DNA of 64,000 bases from Candidatus Latescibacterota bacterium (GTDB lineage: Bacteria; Latescibacterota; UBA2968; UBA8231): assembly GCA_965206595.1 (NCBI GenBank), contig OZ242214.1:4480001-4544000 (forward strand), written 5' to 3'. The translations under genes and the position numbers were made by a program. Shown here one piece after another: positions 1-8,454 of the stretch. Within the stretch, counting starts at the first letter, position 1. Every line of letters starts with the position of its first letter. The notes under the pieces are model-generated. The model was not told the origin of the DNA. It did no database searches and was given only the letters and a program-made list of their open reading frames with translations.

Positions 1-400
1 CCTCGGCCTCGCCCTCGGGGCCAAGCTCGCGGCCCCGGACAAGCAGGTCGTCAACGTCATGGGGGACGCCGCCTTCGGCATGGCGGGCTTCGACATCGAG
101 ACCGCGGCGCGCGCCAAGATACCGATCCTCACGGTGGTTCTGAACAACGGCGTGATGACCCACTACCACGAGCACATGCCGCTGGCGACGGAACGCTGGG
201 GCAGCAACCGGCTGGGGGGAGACTACGCCGGGGTCGGCGCCGCGCTCGGGGCGTACGCGGAACGGGTCGACGACCCGGATGAGGTCGGCGCCGCCCTGCG
301 CCGGGGGATCGCCGCAAACCGCGAGGGCAGGCCCGCGGTGATCGAGGTTATGACGAAGGAGGAAGAGGAGATCCCGATGTCGCTCCCGAGATCGGGCTGA
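1..400 (+). CDS. Thiamine-diphosphate-dependent enzyme (acetolactate synthase-like), C-terminal part; 5' end outside the window
   Basis: ThDP-binding motif GDAAFG...VLNN in ORF 59..400; the frame is open to the window start. Confidence 0.8.
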   Translation, partial: LGLALGAKLAAPDKQVVNVMGDAAFGMAGFDIETAARAKIPILTVVLNNGVMTHYHEHMPLATERWGSNRLGGDYAGVGAALGAYAERVDDPDEVGAALRRGIAANREGRPAVIEVMTKEEEEIPMSLPRSG

Positions 401-532
401 GCACGGTGGCGGGGGGCGCCGCGGAAGCGACGGCATGAGCGACCATTTCTGGATGGCGGCGGAAGACTTCCCCCGAGCGGTCTTCATGGCGGTGGCCCGG
501 CGTTTCAGGAAACGGAACAGGGCGCAGACGGT

Positions 533-1429
533 TTGACAGCAATCCGTTCGAGCGACCGCTACCGGATGACCGCGGAGGAGAAGTACTACTTCGACCTGCG
601 GGGGTACCTCGTGGTGCGGGATGTCCTTACCGCCGCGGAAACAGCCGAGTGCAACGCCGCCATCGACCGCTTCGCCGGGGAGATAAAGCAGCGCTCCCTC
701 GAGGGAGGCGGCCTCGCCCGCGGCTCGCAGGCGCTTCGGGGGAACAGCGGGAGGCGCGAGCTCACCGGAATGCTCGGGTGGCCGGCGCCTTGGCGCGAGC
801 CGTTCCGCAGGCTGCTCGTCCATCCCGTGGTGGTGTCGCGGCTGAACGAGATCAGCGGCCGCGGCTTCCGCCTCGACCACGGACCCACCCTGATCGCCGC
901 CGCCCCCGGCACCGAGGGACACGCCCTCCACGGCGCCGGGGAACCGTTCGCCCCGGCGACCTGGTATCACCACCAGAACGGCCGCATCCACTGCCGCGGC
1001 GTCACCGTCGCCTGGCAGCTCACCGACGTCGAGGCCGGCGACGGTGGTTTCGCCATCGTCCCGGGAAGCCACAAGTCGCGCGAGCCCACCCCCGCGGAGG
1101 TGCGCTCCGCAGAGGACGACATGGGGCTGATCGCGCAGCCGCAGATGCGGGCCGGGGACGTGCTCTTCTTCGCCGAGACCGCAACCCACGGCACCCTGCC
1201 CTGGCGCGGCGCCGGAGAGCGGCGGTCCGTCCTCTACAAGTACGCCTCCCGGGGAGCGGCGCGCAGCGTCGGGCGATTCTTCACGCCCCGCGACCGCTAC
1301 GGCGGGTGGACGGAGGAGCTGACCCCCGAGCAGCAGGCGGTGCTGTACGGCCCCGGCGTCCACACCGGCGGGAAGCTGCCGATCCTCGAATCGGACGGAC
1401 GAACGGTTTCCGTCTCCGGGCGCAGGTGA
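533..1429 (+). CDS. Phytanoyl-CoA dioxygenase (PhyH) family Fe(II)/2OG enzyme
   Basis: N-terminal 'YYFDLRGYLVVRDVL', 'GGFAIVPGSHK', 'AGDVLFF...THGT', distal 'RRS'; real start may be ATG 566. Confidence 0.85.
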   Translation: MTAIRSSDRYRMTAEEKYYFDLRGYLVVRDVLTAAETAECNAAIDRFAGEIKQRSLEGGGLARGSQALRGNSGRRELTGMLGWPAPWREPFRRLLVHPVVVSRLNEISGRGFRLDHGPTLIAAAPGTEGHALHGAGEPFAPATWYHHQNGRIHCRGVTVAWQLTDVEAGDGGFAIVPGSHKSREPTPAEVRSAEDDMGLIAQPQMRAGDVLFFAETATHGTLPWRGAGERRSVLYKYASRGAARSVGRFFTPRDRYGGWTEELTPEQQAVLYGPGVHTGGKLPILESDGRTVSVSGRR

Positions 1430-1602
1430 GGCCGTGTCCTGGCTCGCCCATATTCCGCCGCGGCAGGGGGCCGCATCCCGGGCAGGTCCATTTGCCGCGA
1501 ACAATTGCGGTTCAGTCCAGGAAACTTCACTTGCGTGCGGTTCCTCTCCTCGATTCCTGACCAGCCCAACTGCGGCAATCCTTTCCCGCACAGGAGCCAG
1601 GC

Positions 1603-2484
1603 ATGGATGACAGGGAGCGGTATTACTGGGACCTGACGGGGTACCTGATCGTCAAGGGAGTCCTCGGTCCGGAGGAGCTGCAAAGGGCCAACGAGGCGGT
1701 CGATTACTGTCTTCAACACCACGTCTTCGATCCGGTGATGGATTCCGCCCGCCAGTCGCGGGCCCTGGGCGGTTCGCAGCGGCGGGCAATCCAGACCGAC
1801 ATGGTCCTGCTGACCCTGGAGAAACCGCACTGCGATCCGTTCCGTGAGATGCTCGCCCACCCGCAGGTCGTCGCCCGGCTCAACGTCATGTGCGAGCCCG
1901 GGTTCCGGTTCGATCACGGCCCCCACTTCATCGGCGGCGTCCGGGGAACGGAGGGCTTGGTGATGCACGGGGCCGGCGAACCCCACCGGCCGTTCGTCGG
2001 CTACCACCACCAGGGCGGCGAGTTCCACTGCCAGGGGGTGACCGTCTCTTGGTGCCTGGCCGATGCGCGCGCCGGCGACGGCGGCTTCGCCTGCGTTCCC
2101 GGCAGCCACAAATCGCGCGAGCCGATGCCGCCGGGAGTGCGGTCGTGCGACGCCGACATGGGCGTCGTCGAGCAGCCGGTGGTCGAAGCGGGGGACGTGC
2201 TGTTCTTCATGGACGGCGCCCAGACCCACGGCACCCTGCGGTGGAACGCCGACCACGAGCGGCGCTCCATCCTGTTCAAGTACGCCGGCCGCACCGCCTC
2301 CCGGGGAGGGGCCTCGCGGGAGGTGTCCCGGCCCGAGCGCTACTGGCCCGCGGAGATCGTCGGCGGCATGAGCGATGAGCAGCGGGCGGTGATGTTCGGG
2401 CCCTGCTCCGCCCCGGGGACGGACGAGGTGTTTCTGCGGGTGGATGAGGACGGCACGGTCCGCGTCGACAGGAAGGACGGTTAG
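1603..2484 (+). CDS. PhyH family Fe(II)/2OG enzyme (paralogue of 533..1429)
   Basis: 'YWDLTGYLIVKGVL', 'GGFACVPGSHK', 'AGDVLFF...THGT'; AGGAG RBS upstream. Confidence 0.85.
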   Translation: MDDRERYYWDLTGYLIVKGVLGPEELQRANEAVDYCLQHHVFDPVMDSARQSRALGGSQRRAIQTDMVLLTLEKPHCDPFREMLAHPQVVARLNVMCEPGFRFDHGPHFIGGVRGTEGLVMHGAGEPHRPFVGYHHQGGEFHCQGVTVSWCLADARAGDGGFACVPGSHKSREPMPPGVRSCDADMGVVEQPVVEAGDVLFFMDGAQTHGTLRWNADHERRSILFKYAGRTASRGGASREVSRPERYWPAEIVGGMSDEQRAVMFGPCSAPGTDEVFLRVDEDGTVRVDRKDG

Positions 2485-2488
2485 CCGG

Positions 2489-3370
2489 TCAGGACCCGGC
2501 GGGGCCCAAAAGCGTGTCGAGTGGGCTCTCGATACGCACCAGGTCCTTCCGCTGCACGTGGGTGTAGATCTCCGTCGTTTTCGAGCTCCTGTGTCCGAGG
2601 AGCTCCTGGATGTAGCGCAGATCGGTCCCCCCTTCGAGCAGGTGCGTCGCAAAGCTGTGTCTCAGGGTGTGCACGGTCACCCGCTTGCGAATTCCCGCGG
2701 CGGCGACCGCACGGGAGAACACCTTCTGCACCGACCGTTCGGTGAGATGCCGTCCTTCCCGGGCTCCGGGAAACAGCCACGTCGACGGCCGGTAAGCCTT
2801 CCAGTAGGACCGAAGATCCTCGAGAATCGCCCTGGGCAGCAGGGTGTAGCGATCCTTGCGCCCCTTGCCCTGCTGCACGCGGATCAACATGCGATCGCTG
2901 TCGATGTCGCTCACCTTGAGACGCACGACCTCCCCCACACGCAGCCCCCCGGCATACACCAGGGCCAGGATGACCCGGTGCTTGGGATTCCGAAGGGAAT
3001 CGAGCAGTCGCAGCATTTCCCGCTGGCTGAGGATTTCGGGAAGCTGGCGACCGCCACGCGGCCTGCGCAGACCCTCCAGGGAGGCGGGCTGCTTAAGGAC
3101 TTCCCCGTAGAGGAAGCTGAGAGCACTGTATAAAATGTTGAAGGCGGAGCGGCTCACCCCGCGGTCGAGGAACCATTCGAGGTGGGACCGCACCTCGTCA
3201 TGCCGTTCCCCCCGGTAGTCCCGTTTCCACTGAAGGAATCGCCGGCAGTAGCCCATGTACGACTTCTGCGTTTTCCTCGCGTACCCCCTCAGCTTCAGCT
3301 CGGACTCGACCCGGTTCAGGATGGCGACCTCTTCGTCGGTCAGGTCTGGATGTCTCCGATAGCGCCGCAT
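2489..3370 (-). CDS. Tyrosine recombinase, integron-integrase-like, with N-terminal SAM-like domain but without the IntI I2 insertion
   Basis: Catalytic R (GLRVGE), K (GKGRKDR), HxxR (HTLRHSFATH), H (LLGH) and Y (EIYTHV) are all present. N-terminal 'LRGYARKTQKSY'. Only 59 aa between KDR and HTLRH. Divergent from a cassette array. Confidence 0.9.
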   Translation of the reverse strand: MRRYRRHPDLTDEEVAILNRVESELKLRGYARKTQKSYMGYCRRFLQWKRDYRGERHDEVRSHLEWFLDRGVSRSAFNILYSALSFLYGEVLKQPASLEGLRRPRGGRQLPEILSQREMLRLLDSLRNPKHRVILALVYAGGLRVGEVVRLKVSDIDSDRMLIRVQQGKGRKDRYTLLPRAILEDLRSYWKAYRPSTWLFPGAREGRHLTERSVQKVFSRAVAAAGIRKRVTVHTLRHSFATHLLEGGTDLRYIQELLGHRSSKTTEIYTHVQRKDLVRIESPLDTLLGPAGS

Positions 3371-3505
3371 GGGCCCGGTTACTCCAAGGCAAAGGTTTGG
3401 CCCTGCCGTAGAGAAAGCCGTGCCAGTCCGACACGGAAACCGGAAATCGTCCTATCTGTCGCAACCGCAATGAGTCACGTCGGATATCCCGAATCGGGAA
3501 AATAG

Positions 3506-3534
3506 TTGCAACTGTTCATCCCGAAACGTACCAT
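3506..3534 (+). promoter_or_regulatory. Putative sigma70-type cassette promoter (Pc-like)
   Basis: TTGCAA (3506-3511), 17-bp spacer, TACCAT (3529-3534), pointing into the array about 60 bp before the first GTTA core. Confidence 0.6.
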
Positions 3535-3565
3535 CGTATCAGATAAGTAACACCCGGAGGCCATT

Positions 3566-3600
3566 ATCCGAACCATTTGTTCGGATTCAATCAGTTATGC
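3566..3600 (+). other. Putative attI-like primary recombination site
   Basis: Inverted repeat ATCCGAAC-CATTT-GTTCGGAT (3566-3586) followed by GTTATGC at 3594-3600, the exact complement of GCATAAC (4542-4548) that ends cassette 1. Confidence 0.65.
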
Positions 3601-3652
3601 GAATTTGCGCTCAGGGTTGACGTAAAGAAATCAAACGAAAGATAGCTACGCC

Positions 3653-4519
3653 TTGAAAGTGACGTTTCTCGGAACATCATCCGCTCCGTCGATGCCTATA
3701 CCGTTTTGCGTTTGTCAGGCGTGCTCAAACGCAAGGCGAGTTGGTGGAAAGAACCTTCGCAGGCGATCGTCCATCACAATCAACGACGAAGTGCTTGTGG
3801 ATATTGGCCCAGACATAGCGACCGCGTCATTCGATTACGACGTTTCGTTGACCGGAATCAGCGTCTGCCTATTGACTCATGCCCACGAGGACCACTTTGA
3901 TGCCGAGTTCATCATATCAAGACACGATGAATACGCAACTATCGTCGCACAGGACATGCTCCTTGCGGGTTCAATCGACGCGCTGAGGTCTATTGACACG
4001 ATTCTAGGCAGAAGGTGCTCGTACGGAAGCATCTTCGATCAAGAAACACAACGTGCCCTGAAGGTTAATCTGTTGACCGTCGAGCCATTCGAGACTCAAG
4101 TTGTCGGTGATTACCGTTTCACAGGATATCCCGCGAGTCACGGCACCGAGAAGGGATGCCTGCTTTACTCAATCGAGCAAGGTCAGCACGCTATATTTTA
4201 TGGTACTGATACATCGATTCTGTCGGAGAGAGTTTGGGAGCATCTTCTGCGCCAAGGCACGCAGTTCGACTTGCTCGTGCTCGATCACACGTACGGCATC
4301 GGTTTCGATGCTAGTCCGGCAGATCATCTGGCATCCGTTGATGTAATAGGCCACGTCGATCGCTTTCGGCGAAACGGTCTTCTTAAGGACAACGCGAAGG
4401 CATACGCGACTCACATTTCGCACGAAGGTTACATGGAGCATGACGAACTCGACGAGTATGCCGAAGCGCACGGTTACAGAGTCGCGTTTGACGGATTGGC
4501 GCTATCATTCAGTGTTTGA
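3653..4519 (+). CDS. MBL-fold metallohydrolase (PhnP-like), cassette 1
   Basis: 'KVTFLGTS..P.PFCVCQAC', HAHEDH metal motif, 'YGTDT', 'ATHISH'. Confidence 0.85.
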   Translation: MKVTFLGTSSAPSMPIPFCVCQACSNARRVGGKNLRRRSSITINDEVLVDIGPDIATASFDYDVSLTGISVCLLTHAHEDHFDAEFIISRHDEYATIVAQDMLLAGSIDALRSIDTILGRRCSYGSIFDQETQRALKVNLLTVEPFETQVVGDYRFTGYPASHGTEKGCLLYSIEQGQHAIFYGTDTSILSERVWEHLLRQGTQFDLLVLDHTYGIGFDASPADHLASVDVIGHVDRFRRNGLLKDNAKAYATHISHEGYMEHDELDEYAEAHGYRVAFDGLALSFSV

Positions 4520-4541
4520 ACAAGACACGAGCGCAAAACTC

Positions 4542-4632
4542 GCATAACAGCACGGTGTTGCGCGGCGGCGCATTCGCGCCTTGGCCTTCGGCAACCCACT
4601 TCGTGGGTTCGCAAACCGGCAGAACGTTAAGC
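4542..4632 (+). repeat. attC-like site 1
   Basis: GCATAAC-agca-CGGTGTTGCG ... CGCAAACCG-gcagaac-GTTAAGC; internal hairpins GGCGC/GCGCC, GCC-ttc-GGC and AACCCAC-ttc-GTGGGTT. Confidence 0.85.
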
Positions 4633-4972
4633 GAAGGCCAAGAGAATTTGATTGTTTTTGTGGAGTATAGATCATGATAGGGAGTGGGAGGGATCGGTAC
4701 TATCCGACCCAGGTCGGCGCTGTTTGAAGAGATGGGCAGCTCGTCGTTTGTGGATTTCCCCACCCCGTCCGGCGCGCTAATACCGCTTGGGCGTTGCGTT
4801 TTACCTGGTTCAGGAAAAAGACGAGATCAATGGGCAGTTGGAGATCAGGACCTGCGGATTGGGAGACCGACGAAAGATGGAGGGCTGAGCAAGGGCGCCG
4901 GACGGCCTCTCCACCGCCCAAGCCCGAGAGTTTTCTCCCATCGTGGTCGGGCAGAGCAGGCCCTCGCTTAAC
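4626..4972 (+). ncRNA. ORF-less cassette 2, candidate structured ncRNA
   Basis: Paralogous to 5044-5381 with no reading frame shared over the full length; 11-bp long-range helix 4765-4775/4895-4905 covaries between the copies. Confidence 0.5.
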
Positions 4973-5050
4973 ACCTGTGTCCCCGGCTCCGGGCCCTGGG
5001 GGCCCCTCGCGCAACCGCTTCGCGGTTCGGGGGCACGGAAGACGTTAAGC
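4966..5050 (+). repeat. attC-like site 2
   Basis: GCTTAAC-acc-TGTGTCCCCG ... GGGCCC-tgg-GGGCCC ... AACCGC-ttc-GCGGTT-CGGGGGCACG-gaagac-GTTAAGC. Confidence 0.85.
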
Positions 5051-5381
5051 GAAGGCAAACGAAGTTTTAAGGATTGTGTGGAGTATAGATCATGATAGGG
5101 TGTCGGAAAGGTCGGTGGTATCCATCGAATGTGGCGCAATTTGCGAGGTGGGCACCTCGTCGCGAGGGACTATCCCCACCCCGTCTGGCGCGCTGTTACC
5201 GACCGTGCGTTGCGTGCCGGTTACGAGATAAAAGCCCATCGGTCGAGATCTCGGAAGCTGGCTCACGATTTAGAGTTGGAATGGAGATGGCTCAGGGAGA
5301 AGGGCGCCAGACGGCCTCTCCACCTCCCAAGCCTGAGAGGTCTTTCTCTTCGTGGTCGATGTGTGCAGGCCCTCGCCTAAC
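5044..5381 (+). ncRNA. ORF-less cassette 3, candidate structured ncRNA
   Basis: Shares blocks GTGGAGTATAGATCATGATAGGG, TCCCCACCCCGTCYGGCGCGCT and AAGGGCGCCRGACGGCCTCTCCACC with cassette 2; helix 5181-5191/5304-5314. Confidence 0.5.
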
Positions 5382-5458
5382 ACCTGTTCCCCCGGCTCCG
5401 GGCCCTGCGGGCCCTTCGCGCAACCGCTTCGCGGTTCGTGGGCACCAAGACGATATAT
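5375..5458 (+). repeat. attC-like site 3 (right core altered to GATATAT)
   Basis: Near copy of site 2 (GCCTAACACCTGT...GGGCCC-tgc-GGGCCC...AACCGCTTCGCGGTT), ending AAGAC-GATATAT. Confidence 0.8.
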
Positions 5459-5550
5459 GACATGGGTTGTCACAGTACCAGTGAAATTCGACAGAGGCAA
5501 AGCTGGCACGGTTGAAATCATGAGCCTGCAGGCGCTGGAGAAAAACTGAC

Positions 5551-6042
5551 GTGGATCGCGTAGCCGTATTCGCAGATGTACAGAATGTTTACTACACAGT
5601 TAAGCAGCAACATAATTGCCATTTCGACTATGGTTCTTTCCTCAGGGAGGCGACAGCCGGCCGGAAACTGGTGAAGGCAGGAGCCTATGCTATTGACAAA
5701 GGCGACAGAAAGCAGGCCCAATTTCAGCAAATTCTGAAACGGCTCGGTTTTGAGGTAAAGCTCGCGCCTTATATTCAGAGAGCTGACGGCTCAGCCAAAG
5801 GGGACTGGGACGTGGGCATTACGGTCGATATGTTGGAGTACGCAGATCGCGTGGATGTCGCTGTCCTGGCTTCAGGTGACGGAGACTACGCGCCTGCAAT
5901 TGACAAGCTAATCAAGGAATCCAAGGTATCCGTCGAGGTGTACGGTGTCCCAGGACTAACTGCTAGTCGTCTAATCGAATCGTCGACGCGATTTGTGCCA
6001 ATTCAAGGAGATCTGTTGCTGCCTATTCCCACCACGTGGTGA
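5551..6042 (+). CDS. NYN domain (LabA/DUF88, PIN-like) protein, cassette 4
   Basis: 'VAVFADVQN', 'KGDWDVGITVD', 'LASGDGDY' acidic motifs. Confidence 0.88.
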   Translation: MDRVAVFADVQNVYYTVKQQHNCHFDYGSFLREATAGRKLVKAGAYAIDKGDRKQAQFQQILKRLGFEVKLAPYIQRADGSAKGDWDVGITVDMLEYADRVDVAVLASGDGDYAPAIDKLIKESKVSVEVYGVPGLTASRLIESSTRFVPIQGDLLLPIPTTW

Positions 6043-6130
6043 CGTGGAAGCGACACTGTTGCAAAGCCATGCACGCTAACGCACTCTCGCGTCGCTACCT
6101 CTCTGCGTTGATCAGCCTTGGAGCAATCAT

Positions 6131-6161
6131 ACCCACGTCATATATACGGAAGACGTTACCT
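6131..6161 (+). repeat. Collapsed attC-like junction between cassettes 4 and 5
   Basis: ACCCACGTCATATAT (complements the cassette 4 start) directly followed by ACGGAAGAC-GTTACCT; internal arms absent. Confidence 0.6.
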
Positions 6162-6190
6162 GCCATGGCAGTGCCCAGAAGGAGAGACAC

Positions 6191-7323
6191 ATGAAGGCCC
6201 TGACATCCATTATCGCCGCCTCAATCCTTCTCCTCTCGCCCATCCTCGCCCACGAACGAGAAGAACCCCCGGAGGGAGCCGTGGCCCGAACCGTCCTGCC
6301 AGACGCCAAGATGCCGATCATGAACGAGCACTCCCGTTCCACCCTTGTCTGCGCGATGTACGCCCTGCTGCCGGCTCTCGGGCAACAGGGCTGGTCGATC
6401 CCTCGACTGGAAGCGCTGACGGGATACGCCTTCTACTTTCAGATGCGGGAGGGCGGCGAGTCGGTCTTCGACGACGATCTCGATTGGGGCCTGGCCATGC
6501 ACGTCCTCGACATCTTTGGTCAAGCGAAAGTCTATGATGCGGACAAGAACTCGGACGTTGATCTCCCTGCGCTCAAGGCCGAAGCGCGAGACGCAGTCGT
6601 CGCCAGCCTGGAGAACGGACTTCCCAGCCTCGTCTGGGCGCCACTGAGCCTGGAGCAGAGGGGCAAGGTCCATTTCGCATGCTGGGGCCTCATCGTCGGC
6701 TACAACGCGGCAGACGAAACATACTTGATCCGCCAACCGGCCGAGAAGCTCGACTACCCGGTCCGCTTTGACGCCATCGGGTTCGCCGATCCGAGAGATT
6801 GGTTCCGCGTCGGCACCTTCAAGCCGAAAGAACTTGACGACAACGCTCTGCACCTCACCTCACTCCGCAATGCCGTCGCCTTCGCGAACGGCACTCGCTA
6901 CGACAACCCCCCAGGTCCGTCGAGGCCGCCCTCGTGCATCCCCCGAAAAACCCCTATGGATTCGCCGCCTACGAGCTCTGGCAGGAAGCGTTCGAATCTG
7001 ACGTAAATCTGAACGCCACGTTCTTCCACACAGAAACCCTGAAACCGCGTAGAGAGGCCGCGGCCGCCTACCTGCGGGAGCTCACCCATGTCTATCCGGC
7101 CGCCGCCAATCCGCTGGAAGCAGCAGCCGTTCACTATGATCGAGAGGTCGAATCCATCACCGCAATCTTCGACCTGTGCGTTGCCGCCACCAAGCACGAG
7201 CCCAAGGCCTTCACCCCCGACCAGCGCGCCGAAACCCGCTCCCTCATCGCCCAGCCGTTGAAGGCCGACCGGGCCGCCGTGGCGCAGATCGAGGCCGCGC
7301 TCAAGATTCTGGAGACGCCGTGA
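6191..7323 (+). CDS. Secreted hypothetical protein (possible BtrH/C39-peptidase-like fold), split by a frameshift near 6940; cassette 5
   Basis: Signal-peptide-like N-terminus; ORF 6191..7006 overlaps ORF 6934..7323; 'WGLIVGYN' motif; both parts lie in one cassette. Confidence 0.6.
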
Positions 7324-7407
7324 GGCAGGCTCAGCGTGCTCTTGACCGGGGCCCATCGTGAGGGGGGAGTACGCTGTTTCTTTGCCGATTCTCAAACTGC
7401 CACAGGC

Positions 7408-7490
7408 AGGTAACACGTCCGTGCCCGGCTTCGGGCTTACGCCCTTCGCGCAACCGCTTTCGCGGTTCGGGCACGGCGAAAACGTTATGT
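7408..7490 (+). repeat. attC-like site 5
   Basis: AGGTAAC-acgt-CCGTGCCCG ... GGGC-ttac-GCCC ... AACCGC-tttc-GCGGTT-CGGGCACGG-cgaaaac-GTTATGT (perfect 9-bp L arms). Confidence 0.88.
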
Positions 7491-7538
7491 GACATGGAAT
7501 AACTACCCCTAGATGAAATTTTCGCTCTACGAGCTATA

Positions 7539-8345
7539 ATGACAGAAGCAAAAGTTCTCTCACAAGATGACCTCGACCACTTCGAGACACATGGCTACAT
7601 CATTTTTCGCGGCGCATTTGATCCAGATGACTGCCGGCAGATGGAGGACATTGTCTGGCGTTGGTTGGAACGGCATGGTATCATGCGGAACGACCCCAGC
7701 ACCTGGGATCGGAATCAGGCAGGTGGGCTAAGCCGGACGGTTCGATCTACCCGTGTATTTCGCGATGCAGTATCAGAGCAGTTCGTATCGGCGATCGATC
7801 AGCTGTTGGGAACAGGTAGTTGGGAGAAACCCCGAGATTGGGGCAGTTTTGTGTTCTCGTTCCCCGAAGCCCTCGATGAACAGTGGAATGTCGCTAGCGG
7901 GAATTGGCACTGGCGCAACTCGGGTCTCCGCAACGTGGATAAGCTTGATGGGCTTTTCAATTTCTCGTTCATAACCGAGGTTCAATCTCACGGCGGTGGA
8001 ACGCACATAGCCGACGGGAGTCATCACCTGATAAGGCACTTCTACCGCACGCAAGAGAGCCTGTTTTCCCGGAACGACAGGATAGTCAAGAAGAGGTTCT
8101 TTAGTACTCATCCATGGCTCAGGGAACTGACGCAGGCAAGCGAGAATTCCATCACTCGCGTCAGACGGTTTAGGGATCAAACGACTGATGTTAATGGATT
8201 CCCCGTCCGCATCATTGAGTTGACCGGGAAGCCTGGTGACGCCATGATCGGCCATCCACTCCTGATGCACTGTCGGTCAACGAACTGTGCTGACGTGCCG
8301 AGGTTCATGAGGGCCTGTGAAATACACACGACCGCTGACAAATAG
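7539..8345 (+). CDS. PhyH family dioxygenase, cassette 6
   Basis: 'HFETHGYIIFRGAF', 'GGGTHIADGSHH', 'GKPGDAMIGHPLLMH'. Confidence 0.8.
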   Translation: MTEAKVLSQDDLDHFETHGYIIFRGAFDPDDCRQMEDIVWRWLERHGIMRNDPSTWDRNQAGGLSRTVRSTRVFRDAVSEQFVSAIDQLLGTGSWEKPRDWGSFVFSFPEALDEQWNVASGNWHWRNSGLRNVDKLDGLFNFSFITEVQSHGGGTHIADGSHHLIRHFYRTQESLFSRNDRIVKKRFFSTHPWLRELTQASENSITRVRRFRDQTTDVNGFPVRIIELTGKPGDAMIGHPLLMHCRSTNCADVPRFMRACEIHTTADK

Positions 8346-8377
8346 TTTGGAACCAATCTTCCATTCGGGACCACGTC

Positions 8378-8399
8378 ACATAACGAAGAACGTTTATAC
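8378..8399 (+). repeat. Collapsed attC-like junction between cassettes 6 and 7
   Basis: ACATAAC-gaagaac-GTTTATAC; both flanks match their cassettes' opposite ends but the internal arms are missing. Confidence 0.65.
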
Positions 8400-8454
8400 G
8401 AACTGAGAAAACCAATCATCGTGAATCCGAGGCGAATCAGACAAGGCTTTACGA

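Noticed and set aside
3198-3470. Frameshifted N-terminal extension of the integrase
   Set aside because: No recognisable motif, and ORF 2489..3370 already contains the N-terminal SAM-like and catalytic domains.
3570-3582. LexA (Cheo-type GAAC-N4-GTTC) box upstream of the integrase
   Set aside because: The spacing is N5 (GAAC-CATTT-GTTC), so it does not fit; kept only as part of the attI-like palindrome.
4684-5460. ORFs 4684..4971, 4794..5048, 5092..5460 and 5129..5380 as real cassette genes
   Set aside because: The paralogous cassettes do not keep a common frame; the ATG at 4674 stops after 17 codons while the one at 5092 runs through the att site. A short peptide cannot be fully excluded.
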